Sequence record: LR535904.1
Direction: 5' to 3' (one strand)
Length of the DNA: 64,000 nt
Notes under the pieces: generated by a model
The model's input: only the letters and a program-made list of their open reading frames with translations
What the model was told of the DNA's origin: nothing
The model's database searches: none
Program-made: the position numbers and the translations under genes
Shown: piece by piece, positions 36,698 through 50,017 of the stretch
How the letters are laid out: the number at the start of each line of letters is the position of its first letter
Numbering within the stretch: the stretch's first letter is position 1

Positions 36698-39457
36698 CTG
36701 AGCCGACGGGCTCGTGGACTTACGCAGTATGGCAGCTACCGCGGGGTCGCCCGTTAAGCCCGTGAGTTCTGTACGGGTTGGTGTAACGCCGCCATCTTCA
36801 CGCTTACCGCGTTGCTGAGGGAGCGCATCAAAGATACGTTCGGCATTTTTAACGGTGCGAATGCGGCTACTCGCAATAATCAAATCTTTTGTGGACAGGA
36901 GCGAGGAGGTCGCGATGGTAACAATGACCTCTAACTCCAACTGTTGACGCAGGTCGATCGGGATATCAGCCACGTTGTCGTAAATCAGCGTGGTGTTCTG
37001 ATACAGTTTGTTGGGTAACTGGCGCGTGTGGTCATGGAATTCACGCACGGGTTCTAAGGTATCTGAAATCAGCAACACCGGGCTCGCGCCTTTGGATTTC
37101 AGTGCATCGTAAATCCAGCTACGGCGCAACGATTCGGTTGCAACAGACGGCTTTAAGCCGAAGAGTTCATCGAATCCTTTGTTTTCACCGCCAATCTTGC
37201 CCAGGATACCCAACTGACGTTCAAAGAAGTCAGATTGCTTGGTGGGCTTGTCAGCGCCACGTGCACGACCCAGAATACTTTCTACACCAACCTTCGGACC
37301 GTCTGCTTTAAACGGACTGTTAGGGGCTGCTGCAAAGTTAAGTTTAATGGTTTGTGGCTCTGGTAGCAGGGTAATACGCGGGTTGTCGGTGATAACGATA
37401 TCCAGGGAAGCTAACATCTGCTCTAACTGACCGAACAGGCCGGTGCGAGCATTCTCCTGTGCCACACGGCGATAAGCGAACTGGTCAGCGTTATACTCTG
37501 ACGCACCTGTCGGCGTAGAAGGTTGTTCATATGCGTATTCGTTGAGGTCGCCGATGTTGATTAAACCGAGTTTTGCCTTCTCTTGTTCACTGTCTGTGGA
37601 GAAACTCATCTTCGGTACTTCGCCGTAAAGCTTTTGCTCAGGCGTTTTCTGGTACGCGAGTGGGAGTGTGGACTCTGCTGGCAGTAATCGTTCCGTGTAT
37701 TCGATTTTGTTGGCATCACCCATTTCGTCAACGATGGCCAGATAACCTATGGGGTTACGAACATCGTCACCGATAACGTTCAGGTAGTTCATGAAGTTCG
37801 CATCCCCGTAAAGTGTGGAACGCGAGTTAATGAAGTTGGTTGTGTTGCCCATCCCCAGATTCGCGCGGTTGATTGTCGAATCTACCATACCGTCGTTGTC
37901 TTCAGCAATCTCACCATAACGCGCTGTTAAGCGGTTAGCAATGTCTGGTGTGATTCGGGTTACTGTCATGCTAATCTCAGCACCACCCAACGCCTCACCC
38001 AACGCTTTTGTCAGCTGAATAACCTGCGTATGGCGTTTTGCCAGATGGCGCGCCAGCATGATACGGCTGAACGTTTCACCGATACCATCTTCATCAAAGT
38101 CCGTGGCAAAATAGCAAAGGTTTTCCGCAGGAATATAAGCGAACAACAGCGCCATACGGACAGTAGAGATAACGAACGAGCGTTCGGTAATAGATACTGC
38201 CAACTCAATGTCGTACTGCATGTGACGTGCAGAGTTCAGCACCGCAGAGTTCATGGTGGAGTTCATGATGTCTGTTTTCAGCTGGTCAATTGTTTTCTGA
38301 CCGTTCATGTCGTCTGGGTTTGTCGTCATTGCCCAGGTGTCGTTCATGTCCCCCCACATCGGTTGACGACGGTTATACACAGACACTTTGGTACTACCGT
38401 AGTAGTCGTTACCAATAACGTTAAACGCAATACCTGCACGTAACAGACCTTCGTCGAAATCCTTATCCGGGTATTTATAATCCGGCGTAGTATCCGACTC
38501 GATGTTCTCGGGGGTCATTACCAGGTCAGGGTCAACACCTGCGATGTGGCAAGTACGTTGCTTCTTAACAACCTGCTGGGTGACCAGTAACGATTTAGAG
38601 AAGATCTGTGAAGCAAACGACGGAGAGGCCAACATCCCATTAACTACGTAACGTGTCAGTGGCTTAGAGAGAATCTCCATCCCATTACCGTTAGCGTTGA
38701 TGTACTCTGCAATGATTTTAATCATCGCTGATTGCAACATACCGTTGATAAACGCAGCCAGGTACTCAGAGACCTTTTTCGTAATCTGGTCAGTAGTATC
38801 GAACAGCTCCATCTGCGAAGCTGCTGCAGAGGTGTCTGGCGGTGGTAAGGTTACTTTCGCAGCAATGTCATCCGTTACAACCAGATCAGCCAGCTTCTCA
38901 AAGAACTCCGTACGTTTGGACTTGATCATCGTCTTCAGATCGTTCGGGTCCATCGAGATGCCTTCTTGCTGGAGTTGAACCAGATCGAAGAAGTCAGTTT
39001 CAATGCCTTGTTTACGCAGCCAGTTGCGCGTATAGAAAGCAGCCATCGCTTCATCAGCCATCATGGTGATGTTGTCCTGACGAGAATCATCGTCGTACTT
39101 CGCTAACGTTTCCAGTCGCCCGGTGAAACGTTTCGCCAATTGAATCAGCGTTTTCGAGCCCGCATCAAAACCACCACCGAATCCGCCGGAAGCATCATTA
39201 GGATCAAGGTCGGCATTGAGGTCTAAATCATCGTCACCCCCACCGCCGAGATCCCCATCACCACCACCAGTGTCACCGGTCGACTCAGTAGTTTCCTCTG
39301 TACTATCACCACCGGTGCCGTTATCCGTATCGAGATCGGTAGTTCCTTCACCGCCTTCTGTGCCTTCCGTTCCCTCGGTAGTTGTTTCCGTGGTTTCAGA
39401 GGTAAACCTTATTTCTTTTTCTTTTTTTGTTTAGAGGACGTTGTCTGGGTTGTCGTC
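36638..39457 (-). CDS. Portal protein (phiKZ gp129/SPN3US gp81-like, ~914 aa)
   Basis: ATG 36655, MEDISKLTGDP...IRTVKNAERIFDALP-ELEVIVTIATSSLLSTKDL. Opposite strand and divergent from the wedge gene as in relatives; acidic C-tail ending DDNPDNVL*. Confidence 0.85.
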
Positions 39458-40117
39458 TTAATAAACCCAAAGCTGCTGCAGAAGATTAAAAAAGAAAAGG
39501 TACCTCTCCCCGAAGGGAAAAGCTAGAACCTTTCCAGAACGACCCTCTGGCGATTGGTATCATGCTCGACGAACTGGATAACGCCCGTAAAGGCCTCCTG
39601 AAGGCGTTAAAAGCAGCAAAGGATACAAAGGTATTGGTAGCCGACTTCCACAAAGCCAAAACAGCGATCAGTCATGGACGTCGCTGGCAAATCTTCTTTG
39701 AGCGTAGTGTGCGTTTTCGCTTTGAGTTACCTGAAAACAAAGCGACTGAAGCTTTCTATAGAGTAGCTCTATAATGAGGTTCGAGCATGGTAAAGTTCAT
39801 TGTTGTCAATATGGATTGATGATCAAAGAGCGATTCCCTGACATTGATAAGTACCACATTACGCTGGCGTAATTATTTATTTTTCCTGAGATGGAGAAGG
39901 CTGCAAAAGTTGATCCGGTGTTGGGTATGTTCTGCGGAAAGTATAAAGAGGAGCTTAAGAAAACGGCAGGGCAGAACCCTGGCGTGCCGCTGCGTAGAAA
40001 CGATGGGGTCGCGGGGTGCGGCTTCCCGAAGACAGCTGGGGTTAAATCTCTGTTGGCTTATTCTATCGTGAAAAGGAGTATTAAAATGTCTAGTGTTGAA
40101 GCAGTAATCTATTTTGA

Positions 40118-41857
40118 AACTGCACCAGTGTTGTACTAAGTAATACGGAGACCTTCGGGTCTCCTATTATTATTTTTTGCAATCGTATTGATGCAGCTGC
40201 CGCAGCACACTTACCTGCTTCTGAGCAATGGTGAGAAAGGCAATACCGCAGACCCAGTTGTGTCTATCTACGAGGCTGTGCAGGAAAACGTGCCACACGT
40301 GATTCCAGGCATGTACCATTCTGTTGATAAACACGACGTAGTTACGGTAGCGTCTCTGACTATCAAGCTGAGCGATTCTGGCAAGGTGGTTAATCTGATT
40401 CAGAGCCAGTTCACCATTGAATATGAAGACTGGTTCCGTGACCTGTTCTTGATGGTAGCGAACTCTCTGCGCAAGCTCGATATTGATTTCTTCGTAAAAG
40501 ATCTGTTCACAGCAACCGCTGGCGACAACGGTGTAAGCACTAAGCGCGGTAAAGATGTGCCGAAGTTCAAAGCTATCGATTTCGAACGGAAAATCAGCTT
40601 TGCTAATGCGTACCTGGCGAATATCACTTTCCTGGTACACAACGCGCTGTCGCTGGGGCACGAATATGCGATTGCGAACAGCAGCGAAGCAGAAGTGGTT
40701 ATCAGTGAAATTTCTCGAACTATCATGGCTAAGGTGAAGCGTACGATCGATGAACTGCGTAAGAACACGAAAGAACTTGCTAAGCACGACGCACTGAAAT
40801 CCGATCTCGACAGCCTGGCGTTGGTAGAAGATGTTGATTATCGCGCGTATCTGGTCGGTGTTAACACTGATATGTGCGAACGCATGAAGCAATTTGTCGG
40901 TAATGAAGAGGTTGTTTTCTACGACGGGGCTGACCTGATTGTGCGTGCACGGGATAGTAAGCAATCTGTTTACGCGGAAACGCGTGATTGGGCTACACCG
41001 TTGCAAGATATCTTTAACGAGCTGAAAACCCCCGAGCTTAAAATGTCGATTCCAGCGAAGGAAGCTAACAGTCGCATCAATGGCCCAATTAACAACATTC
41101 TGCAGGAGATTGATTTGATGGAAGACTACGCACTTCAAGTTAATAACCCAGTGCTTTCCCCACTCGGCGCAACAGAAGAAACCGAGAAGGACACTACACA
41201 GCCCCAGCCTGAACCAGCACCGGTGCCTGTACAACCAATGCCGGTGTCTAATGCTACTCTTAACCTGGTCAGTGATCCTATTCTGAACCCACAACCGGCG
41301 CAAGTAGCCCCAGCACACGGTGGTGTTAAGATTGGTAACACGGATGCGGCACTAACCGTGATTGCTGGCGGCGCAGGCGGTAACAGTTCTGGCGGTGTGC
41401 GTGTTACTGATGGCTTGACCATGTCTTCTGCGCCATCCGGCGGTTTGGGTGGCAGTGGTGGTTTAGGTGGTGGTAGCAACGCAGGCGGGTTACTGGGACT
41501 GGTTAATGCTTGGGAACAAGTCGGTAAGATTCTTGCCGAAATTCGTTCTCAGCAGTCAGCTGCCTATCAGCAGGTGCATAACGCAGGCGACGCGTATAAC
41601 GACGATCGTCACACCAAAGCATCCAAAGGGGGTAGTGAAGCACAGGTTATCGCATATGCAGTCGATGCGTATAAAGCTAGTCGTAGCATTCCGCCAGATC
41701 AGGCGTTAAAGATTGCGACGTATGTTGCGGCATGGGCCGTCATCGTTAAACACCTCGATCAGGACGCGGTACTGTCGCAGTTGAATAACGTGATGCGTTA
41801 TTACATCTCTTAAGGAGTATTATTTACAATGAGCATTACTGTTGAACAAATCAAAAA
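40118..41857 (+). CDS. Conserved hypothetical protein (~556 aa) with Gly- and Pro-rich linker
   Basis: ATG 41829 (RBS ttaaggag), MSITVEQIKNVIVKHLDQD... ends GEKTAPVLY*, followed by terminator ggagacc-ttcg-ggtctcc plus T-run. Confidence 0.75.
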
Positions 41858-43657
41858 CCTAAACTGGACCCGTACATCAGACCGACCGAAGAAGACATTG
41901 CTAAAATCGGCCGCTAAAAGGCGAACATCCTCAACCCGTACATGAAGACCAACCCAAGTTTGGTAATGATGCGGAATGCATCCGCGTCGCATCTGGAATG
42001 TGGTAACGTCTATTATATTCCTAAGTCGGCACCGTTTGATGCTAAGCGTTCGAAGAAAGGAGGCAAGACCGTTAACTTGAACGACCGTACTAAGCACGCC
42101 TCTACAGAATCAATGGTATTGGCAGTGTCTACGCACGCCATCGGTCAAACCGAAACCATCGTGCTCAATCTGGTGATGCGCACCATTACGAGCAACGGCG
42201 GTATCAGTTTCTTCAATTTGGAACATCGGACTCCAGAGACAGCGGCGAAGTCTATTCGAGACGCACTGAACAAACAGCTGTTGGGCCAACGTGGCTTTAC
42301 CACAACGATCTCGAAAATACGTTGGAAGCTGGGGCAGACCAAGCAAGATGATATTCCGTCTATGTACGGAAAACGTCTCACGGTAACCGATTACTTAGAT
42401 TTGGATATGTTTGATTTCCTCTGGTATACCACGCAGCTGATGGTACGCACTCGACTTCGCTATGTCAACAGCACCTTCCGTGGTGAGCTGATGGCAAACG
42501 ATCCGTCCATCCCTGATCTGAAGCCTTCGGATATCGAACTGAGTCGCAGTATGGACAGCCACTTCCAGGAATGTGAAATTGCAAACCTCAACTCTGCAGC
42601 GTCTTGGCGTGAAGTGTTGGGCCGCAGTATTCGCGGACGTGCACCAACACTGCCGGGGCTGTTTACACAGATTAATGAAATGGCAATGGACGAAGATACT
42701 GCCGCATTCTTCAAAGCGGCGCACTATTACGCAGGTAAACAGAACAGTAAGAACGGTGATATGCCTAACACCGATGCAGGGCGTTGGGATCAAAACGAAC
42801 ATCTGTTGCTGGTAGCGCAATCTGGTGAGCCACAACTCGCGAAGACCATCCAGTACGTACTGTTGGTTAAACGTGAAGTGACGATTTGGCCAGCGATTAA
42901 AGTACGTGATGTGGACTTAACGAAGTATGTGGTGATTTATTGGCTCTTTGGGCGTTATGGCTTTAAACAAGCCGTGAAGCGTTATGCGGGCGTTGATTCG
43001 AATCTGTTTGTCTCAACTGGACAGATTGGACACGACACCGATGAGAAGCCACTGATGAAGAAACCAACGAAGATTCTGGTGAATGGTCGCCCTGAGCAGC
43101 TGTTCTTGCCAGGTACAGAGCACGGTGGTATCTTTATTAACTTTGACTTCACACGCAAGGTGTCTATCAAGTTCTGTAACTACTATGGTACAACGTACCA
43201 CGTAGCACCTGTAATCCATCAACCTGGTATATGTCGTGATCCTCGCCCGGTACAACGACCAATGAGCCTGCCGTTTATTCGTCGTGGCGGCTTAATGATT
43301 ATTAACATCTCATCCACTGACACGTATATGGTAATGGCCTCGTTCCGAGTTCCAGGTGCTTTTATCTTTAAGTTATCGAAGTCGGATAACAATTCACGAA
43401 ATAATCGTGGCCGGTCAAATCCGAAATTACCAGAAGGGTTAACGGTATTAGGTTGTCGCCAAATGTCGCCGTTTGAAGGGATACATGATCGTGTGGCAAC
43501 CATTCTACGTCGTGAGTTGACGTATGATGAAATCGATGAAATAGTGCCTTTTAATCGTGCAATTGCAGAAGGAGTTGGGTACACACAAGCTAAAGATGAT
43601 TCTCTGAGGGAGGCCGGTGTGTTTAAAGATGCGATTAGGAAGATTAAAGAGGCAGGC
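41858..43657 (+). CDS. Non-virion RNA polymerase beta-like subunit (phiKZ gp123/SPN3US gp77-like, ~592 aa)
   Basis: GTG 43619, MFKDAIRKIKEAGEIVPFNRAIAEG...LPEGLTVLGCRQMSPFE...LPFIRRGGLMII.GTTYHVAPV...YWLFGRYGF. Conserved position two genes after the capsid gene. Confidence 0.8.
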
Positions 43658-44677
43658 CTCGGAGTTCTTGAAATCCATTCCCGCGTATTTGGCTGCAGGG
43701 GTAGCACTCGTTGGGATGTTGCGTTCCGATGTTCGTAAAGACCAATACGAGTCCCGAGCTTATCAGCGAAAAGATAGTCTGGCGCTAGAGAAGGAGAGGA
43801 TTAACACCCTTAACACAATCCAGACGAATGAGCTTAAGCAAGATCTCGATGAGAAAAAGAATCGGCAAGACCTCGATTATCGTACACAACTTAATAATAA
43901 CATTCCAGAGTTGCGAGATGTTCGTGCGAAGCTGGAAGCCACGTATCAGGCCAAGTTGATGTCCCCGTTCCGGGCGTTTGCATCTGAAGATGAAGCGAGG
44001 CGTTATCGGTGGCTCGAAATCGGTGGTGCGGAGTGCGTCGAAGGGGGTAAGATGATAATGTACTCTTTCGATGACCCAACGATGTTGGAAGTCGAACCGA
44101 TTCGATCGAAGTATTACGACGAGGGTATTTACATGGTCGTGGTAGTTGTGCAGAAGTACGAAGACCCAGCACCTTTAAAATGGCTGAGGTTCTATACAAA
44201 ACTCGATTCTGAGGTTATTGGTAAGCCAGGAGGGGATCGTAAAGAATTTGCCTTGGGAATGCGAGGCGACTTGGTGGTGTTGAAGAAGCTAGGAATGGCT
44301 TTCTCTACCCAACCAGTGGAATTAACTACGAACGGCGAAACAACGCTGATGTATGTAGTTGATGATATCGGTGCGTTTGCTAACCTATCTGGTTTGCGCG
44401 ACGCACATTCGCCAAAGCAGTATGCGCAGATATGTAACACCACAGCGGCGGAATTTGGGATTGTTATTTACGTGACCTATACGGTGTTTGCGAACGGCGG
44501 GTTTCCCATTTACGTCACTGAACTCAGTGGCGGGCATTTTGTTTTAGCCCCGTCGTCAACCCAGCGGCCCATGCACCGTGGTGCCGTGTCGAAGACTATC
44601 ACGTACGAAAATAATACTTTGGTATTATTACTGGGATGCTCAATGAACCGTTATGATTTAGACGTTCAGCCAACGCT
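43598..44677 (+). CDS. Conserved hypothetical protein (~334 aa) with C-terminal hydrophobic segment
   Basis: ATG 44643, MNRYDLDVQPTLTQRPMHRG...ITYENN; ends IPAYLAAGVALVGMIL*. Confidence 0.7.
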
Positions 44678-44704
44678 CTGGGTATGAACCCGTGCCCAAA
44701 GTAA

Positions 44705-44728
44705 TCTGAGATAGATATTATCTACGTG
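44705..44728 (+). promoter_or_regulatory. Phage promoter variant (GATAGATATTAT)
   Basis: tctgagatagatattatctacgtg upstream of the 334-aa/nvRNAP operon; similar motif at 45459. Confidence 0.6.
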
Positions 44729-44737
44729 AATAATTCT

Positions 44738-45457
44738 CGACCAACTCCGCGAAATAGCCCAACGCCTAATACCCTAAAGTTTTTTACGTTACGGGCATGG
44801 ATACGAGCTGGGTCTGAAGTTGGGCTTCGGCGACCAGAAGTTGGCTGATTTAACCCGGATGGTAAAGATAGCCGATGCACTCCTCTCAGTAGCAAACACG
44901 AACACGTATCCGCAAGCTTATAATTACCAAATCGTGAATCAGCCGATCCCCGCCCCGTATGCGTCTCTCGAGTTAACGGAGTCGTTTAACGTTCTCGGCA
45001 GAAGGATGGAGTTTGACTACGATAACGCCGCAGTGCGGTTTACTGAACGGAAAGATTTGTGGGAAAAAGCCAATCACCCATTTGGTAGTTATTCTGCTAT
45101 ACACCCTAGCCAGGCAACGCAAATATTCGACACCATACGTCAGAACTTCGCGACTGGAAACGGTGTTGTGTTCACTCTATATTCCATCGCCGACTACGAC
45201 TACAATGAGCTGAAAAAGTGGGAACTTCATTTACAAGGTGATGACAGTCTGCGGATGGATTATCCGCAGTTAAATATACCTACTAATTTTTATCTCAGTC
45301 ACGATGCGGTAAGTGCGATATTGCAGTGGGTGAGGATTATGGCAGCCGGCTTTTTTGTATCGGAATGTTCTGTTCCCTTCCGTGAAAATTCTGAAGAAAT
45401 GGTAATCAATTTAGAAAAATCAAGATTAGTTGCGCCTATGTTCGACGGCAGAGGATT
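44738..45457 (+). CDS. Hypothetical protein (~232 aa)
   Basis: RBS ttaaggagacagt|aATG rejoined across a junction; MVINLEKSRLVAPMFDGRG... Confidence 0.65.
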
Positions 45458-45458
45458 A

Positions 45459-45483
45459 TTTATAGATAGATATTATCTTAGGG
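45459..45483 (+). promoter_or_regulatory. Phage promoter variant
   Basis: tttatagatagatattatcttaggg, just after the capsid terminator in native order. Confidence 0.6.
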
Positions 45484-45531
45484 AGAGAGTCGTTCGGTTT
45501 TAACTTAAGGAGACAGTTACGTTGCCTAAGA

Positions 45532-45571
45532 TTAGCTTACTCCCTTCGGGGAGTAAGCTTTTTCTTTTTTT
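45532..45571 (+). terminator. Terminator of major capsid gene
   Basis: agcttactccc-ttcg-gggagtaagct followed by ttttcttttttt. Confidence 0.9.
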
Positions 45572-45577
45572 CTAAAA

Positions 45578-47917
45578 CGGCGGTACCCAGCCAGGTACTG
45601 GCGGTGAAGGCGCTGGCGGCTAATAATCCGTAAGGATCGTCACTACTACTTCCAACGGTACCGGCGGTACTGACGGCGGTAATGCTGGTGATGTTGGCAC
45701 TGGTCTGATCTGGATTAAAGGTATCACCAAGTTCGTGGAAGAGAAACTGGCGTTCAACGCTACCAGCAAAGAGCTGGCAGTACAGCCTCGTAACGCGCAC
45801 ATCTGCCACTGCCCGATCTGGGGTAACCACTTCTGGTCTCCGATCATGGTAACCAACATCAACATCCAGCGTAACGGCCGCCTGCAGTGGGTTCTGAAAG
45901 TTCCAACCGCTGATGATGGTTCTTACTGTGTTCTGAATATCACCACCAACGATGACCGCTGGCGTGTGAAGAACGAAGCTGACGGCAGCTGGACTCGAAT
46001 GCTGCTGCTGGTTCAGGGTGACCAGCGTCTGCTGGGCGATCGCTACGAGTACGAAGTGACCGCGGACCCGAACGCACTGCCGAAAGTTGTTATCGCAACT
46101 GACGAACCGACTGCTGCCGGTGACCAGGTAACTCGTGCCATTCAGGACTCTCGCTTCATGCCGGCTCTGCGCCTGCTCCAGTCTCTGGATACCAAAGATG
46201 CGCTCATCAACGCCCGTCAGGGTCTGGTACAGCGTATGGGCCGTCACTGGGTTGCTCCGTGGTACAGCGAAAGCGACTACGAAGTGGACAAAGTGATGGT
46301 TAAGAACGCAGCTGCGTCCATGATCACTCCGTGGGACAAACCTGCTATCCGCGGCCTTGCGGTTAACATCCGTAACGAAATGCTGGCTATCACTCAGACT
46401 CTGTCTTACACCGAAGCGACCAAATCTCCGGTTGGCGTTGAATACGACGACACCGAACGTCTGGACGACCTCGTTTCTCTGCTCGACCCGATTTGGGAAC
46501 AAGAGAACTACAAACTGCAGTACGGTTCTCCGATCATGCTGCTGGGCTGGCGCTTCGACGGTACTCGTACCAACGAGAACCGGAGAACCCAGGGCCTTAC
46601 TGCTGTTGATATCGAAAGCGGCACCGGCAAAGTCATCATCGACAACCTGAAACTGGATGGTCGTGTTGACGTGACTGCACCGTCTCTGGAAATCGAAGGT
46701 CTGTACGACGCAACTGGTTACACCATTCGTTATTCCATGAACATCAGCATGTCTCTGTTCACCAACGGTCAGTTCTCCAAGTCTCTGGACTGGAAAGGTG
46801 CTGAAATCCCGGCACTGGCCGCTCTGGCACAGAACGATGAAGGTGATGGCCGTGAGCTGGTCCTGCAGTTCCGTCGCACTGTGTTCTCCCTGAACGCTGG
46901 CGCGCTGATCAAACTGAACGTACGCGACATGCAGTTCGCTACCTTCCAGCGTCCTCCGGGTGCGGCGCTGGGTAGCCTGCTGCTGTCTGTGCGTAAGCCG
47001 ACTGAAGAAGCGAAAGAGCTGTCTGCCCATCCGGGTATCGTGCAGGAAGGTTACGATGAAACCGACGAAATCGCACCTGTGCCGGCGTATCCGACCAACT
47101 ACCTGAGCTTCTCTGAACGTCGTCTGAACCTGTTCCAGAACGCGAAGTTCTTCGTATCCGAAGACATCATCGAAAACGAAAACGTTCAGCTGGGTCGCCA
47201 CAAAGTCCTGCAGGACGATGCTATCCGTATCGTACCTTACGTGATGGAAACCGGTGACCTGCTGACCAAAGACGTGGTTGAAGACAACCGTCAGCCGCTG
47301 CATAACGCGCTGTCTAACGACGTCGGCATCACCGTTCGTACCAAAGTTACTACTGTAACTCGCGGTATCCTGAACGCTCTGGAAACTCAATCCAAGTTTG
47401 CAGAAACCCTGTTCCCGACCATCACTGTGGACACCAACTACACCAACAAAGACCTGGACAAAAACCTGGGTCTGACCTGGACGCTGAACGTGCGTGCTTC
47501 TGGTGCAGCATCTCTGGCTGCTGACTACGGTAAAACTCCGCTGGTCGCAACCGAATAGACCCGTGTTGCTGCTGAGAGCGCGAAGCCGGAATATGCCAGC
47601 TACATGCCGATCGCTATCGCTGCTCAGGTTGCTTCTGCGATGATTCTGGCTGCTGCCGGTCACGAAGATGACTTCATCCTGCGTGACACTGCTCAGCAGC
47701 ACTACGAAGCTGTAAACCCTGGCAAAACCATGAGCCACGTATGGCAAACCGTAGCCGTTGGCGAATCTGTACGTAAAAATGCTGCCGGCTTCACCAAGCT
47801 GGTTCAGCAGGGCAATGCTCTGGTCGCTGCTGCCAAGGCAGGCTCTTCCGCTAATGATCATTTATCTAAATAAGGTAAACTTGAAATGAAAGATACCCGT
47901 ATCGCTAGTCTGGACCA
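45578..47917 (+). CDS. Major capsid protein (phiKZ gp120/SPN3US gp75-like, 765 aa)
   Basis: ATG 47886, MKDTRIASLDQLVQQG...PLVATE(130)|YYTNKDLDKNLGLTWTLNVRA..TQSKFAETLFPTITVD. Strong high-expression codon bias; Gly-rich C-tail; terminator follows. Confidence 0.92.
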
Positions 47918-48277
47918 TACGTTCAGTACGTCGACGCAGTTTGCTGCGCACGAAGTGCTGACGCAGTTGTACGCATGAAAGATGTTCTGCGCAGAACTTT
48001 TTAAATATATGCGTCCCAAGACTCGTGTCGTGGATGAGTCTTTTGCAGAAGCTAAATCCGGACCGGGTTTTTCTTTAAGTGAAGACCACGCTGCGAAGGA
48101 ATCATTCGACGGTCGTTTACGTTGGGTGTTCTCACAACGTGGCGATGTTGTTGTGGCTGACCAGGTCTTAAACCTGGTTGAGAAAGGTACGAATGAAACC
48201 CTTGCTGATTTATATGGTGACCCTATTTCGATTTATAAATCGATTATGGCACCACCTGCACTTCCGACTCTTTATTA
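47858..48277 (+). CDS. Small protein upstream of capsid gene (~115 aa)
   Basis: ATG 48246, MAPPALPTLYYDQVLNLVEKG... stop just before the capsid RBS. Confidence 0.55.
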
Positions 48278-48397
48278 CTTCTTTAACTGGTTATATGACT
48301 GCTCGTCGGGCTTTAGTTCCATCATACTGCCAGTGAGAGTTCAATCTAACATAGATAAAGGGGCTGGCGTTAAAAAGTTGGAGGAACTCCAAGCAAG

Positions 48398-50017
48398 ATC
48401 ATTTTACTATTCATGGAGCATCCTTAAAATGCAAATTCGTTTTAGTCCACCGTGGGATCCTTGCTAGGGTCCGTCAGCATAGATTCTGTATACAGTGCGG
48501 CTAAGGCGGTTATCAACCCATCTTCCGCATATTCCGGAAGCTTGATCTGCATCAGAACTTTTCTTATGACATCATGACCGCCGTCTATGATAGATGTGAT
48601 AATGTCCTTGATCTCGATGAGTGCAAAGCGCTCTTCGCGTACTTGAGTGGTGGCCAGCTTCAAGCGCTTCATAACGCTCGCGTGGTCGTATTCCATGTTG
48701 TCTTCTTCCTCGGGCAAATCGTCTTCGAGGAATTTGGTAATCGTATCGTATAGAGGAAAACATTGACGTAATTGGAAATAATATTGAGACAGTTGTCGAT
48801 TAAGATGCTCGGTACGTTCAGTTCCATTCAATGCTCCGAACGCTCGACCCATTTTTGTTTTGAGTTCGACGCTCTGTCCGAACGTAGATAGCGCCTCTTT
48901 GAGTTCGAGCACTGCGGTGTTCAGATCAACACGTGTCGCCCGATTATCTGTAACCAGCTCACCGACCAGTGATGGAATCTTATTATGAGAGCGTTCAGTC
49001 TGCAAACCATTACCTGCTGCTTTCTTGTTAATCGAGTCGAACACTTTAACAAACGGACACAGTTCTTCGGTAATCCCTTTGTTACAACCGAGCATTTGGT
49101 TAATGGCTTTCCAGCCCGACAAGCTCAGTAAGAGACTGAACAAAGACTTACAGTTAAAAGGTAACGCCGGCATTAGCGGTTGCAGTGTGCCCTTCACATC
49201 CGCCATTACTTTCTCAGGCGTGTTGAAGATAGGAATCTGATAGCCGTAAGCTAAGTTAACGTCGAGTTCGTTTTCTAAACTCAAGTCGAGAATAATTGTT
49301 GCATCCTGTGCAATGGTCATCTGTGGAACTTGTCCTTCAAAATGACCGTACAGTGCTCGAATCTTACCACAGAGGTAATCAGACATTGCTGTTGTGTGTG
49401 CTAACTTCTCTTCAGCGTAGTGCACTTTAAAATCGGAGTTGGTGTGCTTTTGGAAAACGTAGTCCCAACCGTTTGCGGCGCGAATGCCAACAACATGATA
49501 ACCGCGACGACGTAAGTCGAGAATAAGGTCGTTGATGATATCACTCCCGGCAATACCGTTGCCGTGTCCTGCTTTGCTGATTGTGCCTAAGTAGTCTATT
49601 AAGAACCCACGGTTGCGTACCACTTGAATGTTACGAGCAATACGATAAATTTCTTTGAAGCCTACCGGGTCTAACGCTTTTAAGCGCTTACCTTCTGGGG
49701 AAATCTGGTGTGGGGCAGCCTCGTTGTCAAGGCTCGAACAACTATCGTAAAGACCACGACCAGGTAAGTTCTTACAGTGAACTTCTAAGAAGCTATGGCC
49801 GTTGACCACACGCTTGTTAAAATACATTTCACCATCGGGTATCACTGTGTAGTGATAAGATTCTTTAGTATCGATAATGGTGCGGTGTTTACCGCGTGAC
49901 GCTGTTACGGTTTCTTCTTTATCACAATCCCAAGGCAGGATGCCTACATCCTGGAAACTCCCCAGTGCTCGTTAGAACAAATCATCACCCATTCCACCGG
50001 TGAAGAAGTTGATAGAC
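48398..50017 (-). CDS. DnaB-like replicative helicase (phiKZ gp118-like, ~520 aa)
   Basis: ATG 48414, MNSKMMLITALAALYTES...GWKAINQMLG...ALPFNCKS (degenerate Walker A)...ILDLSLENE...RGKHRTII...PFQDVGILPWD...DDLF*. Hairpin ggggagc-ttag-gctcccc rejoins after the stop. Confidence 0.88.

Noticed and set aside
45537-47861. Long antisense ORFs (774 aa here; also 60904-62046, 62561-63235, and off-frame 40170-41318)
   Set aside because: These are shadows of strongly codon-biased structural genes, with no RBS or motifs and implausible composition.
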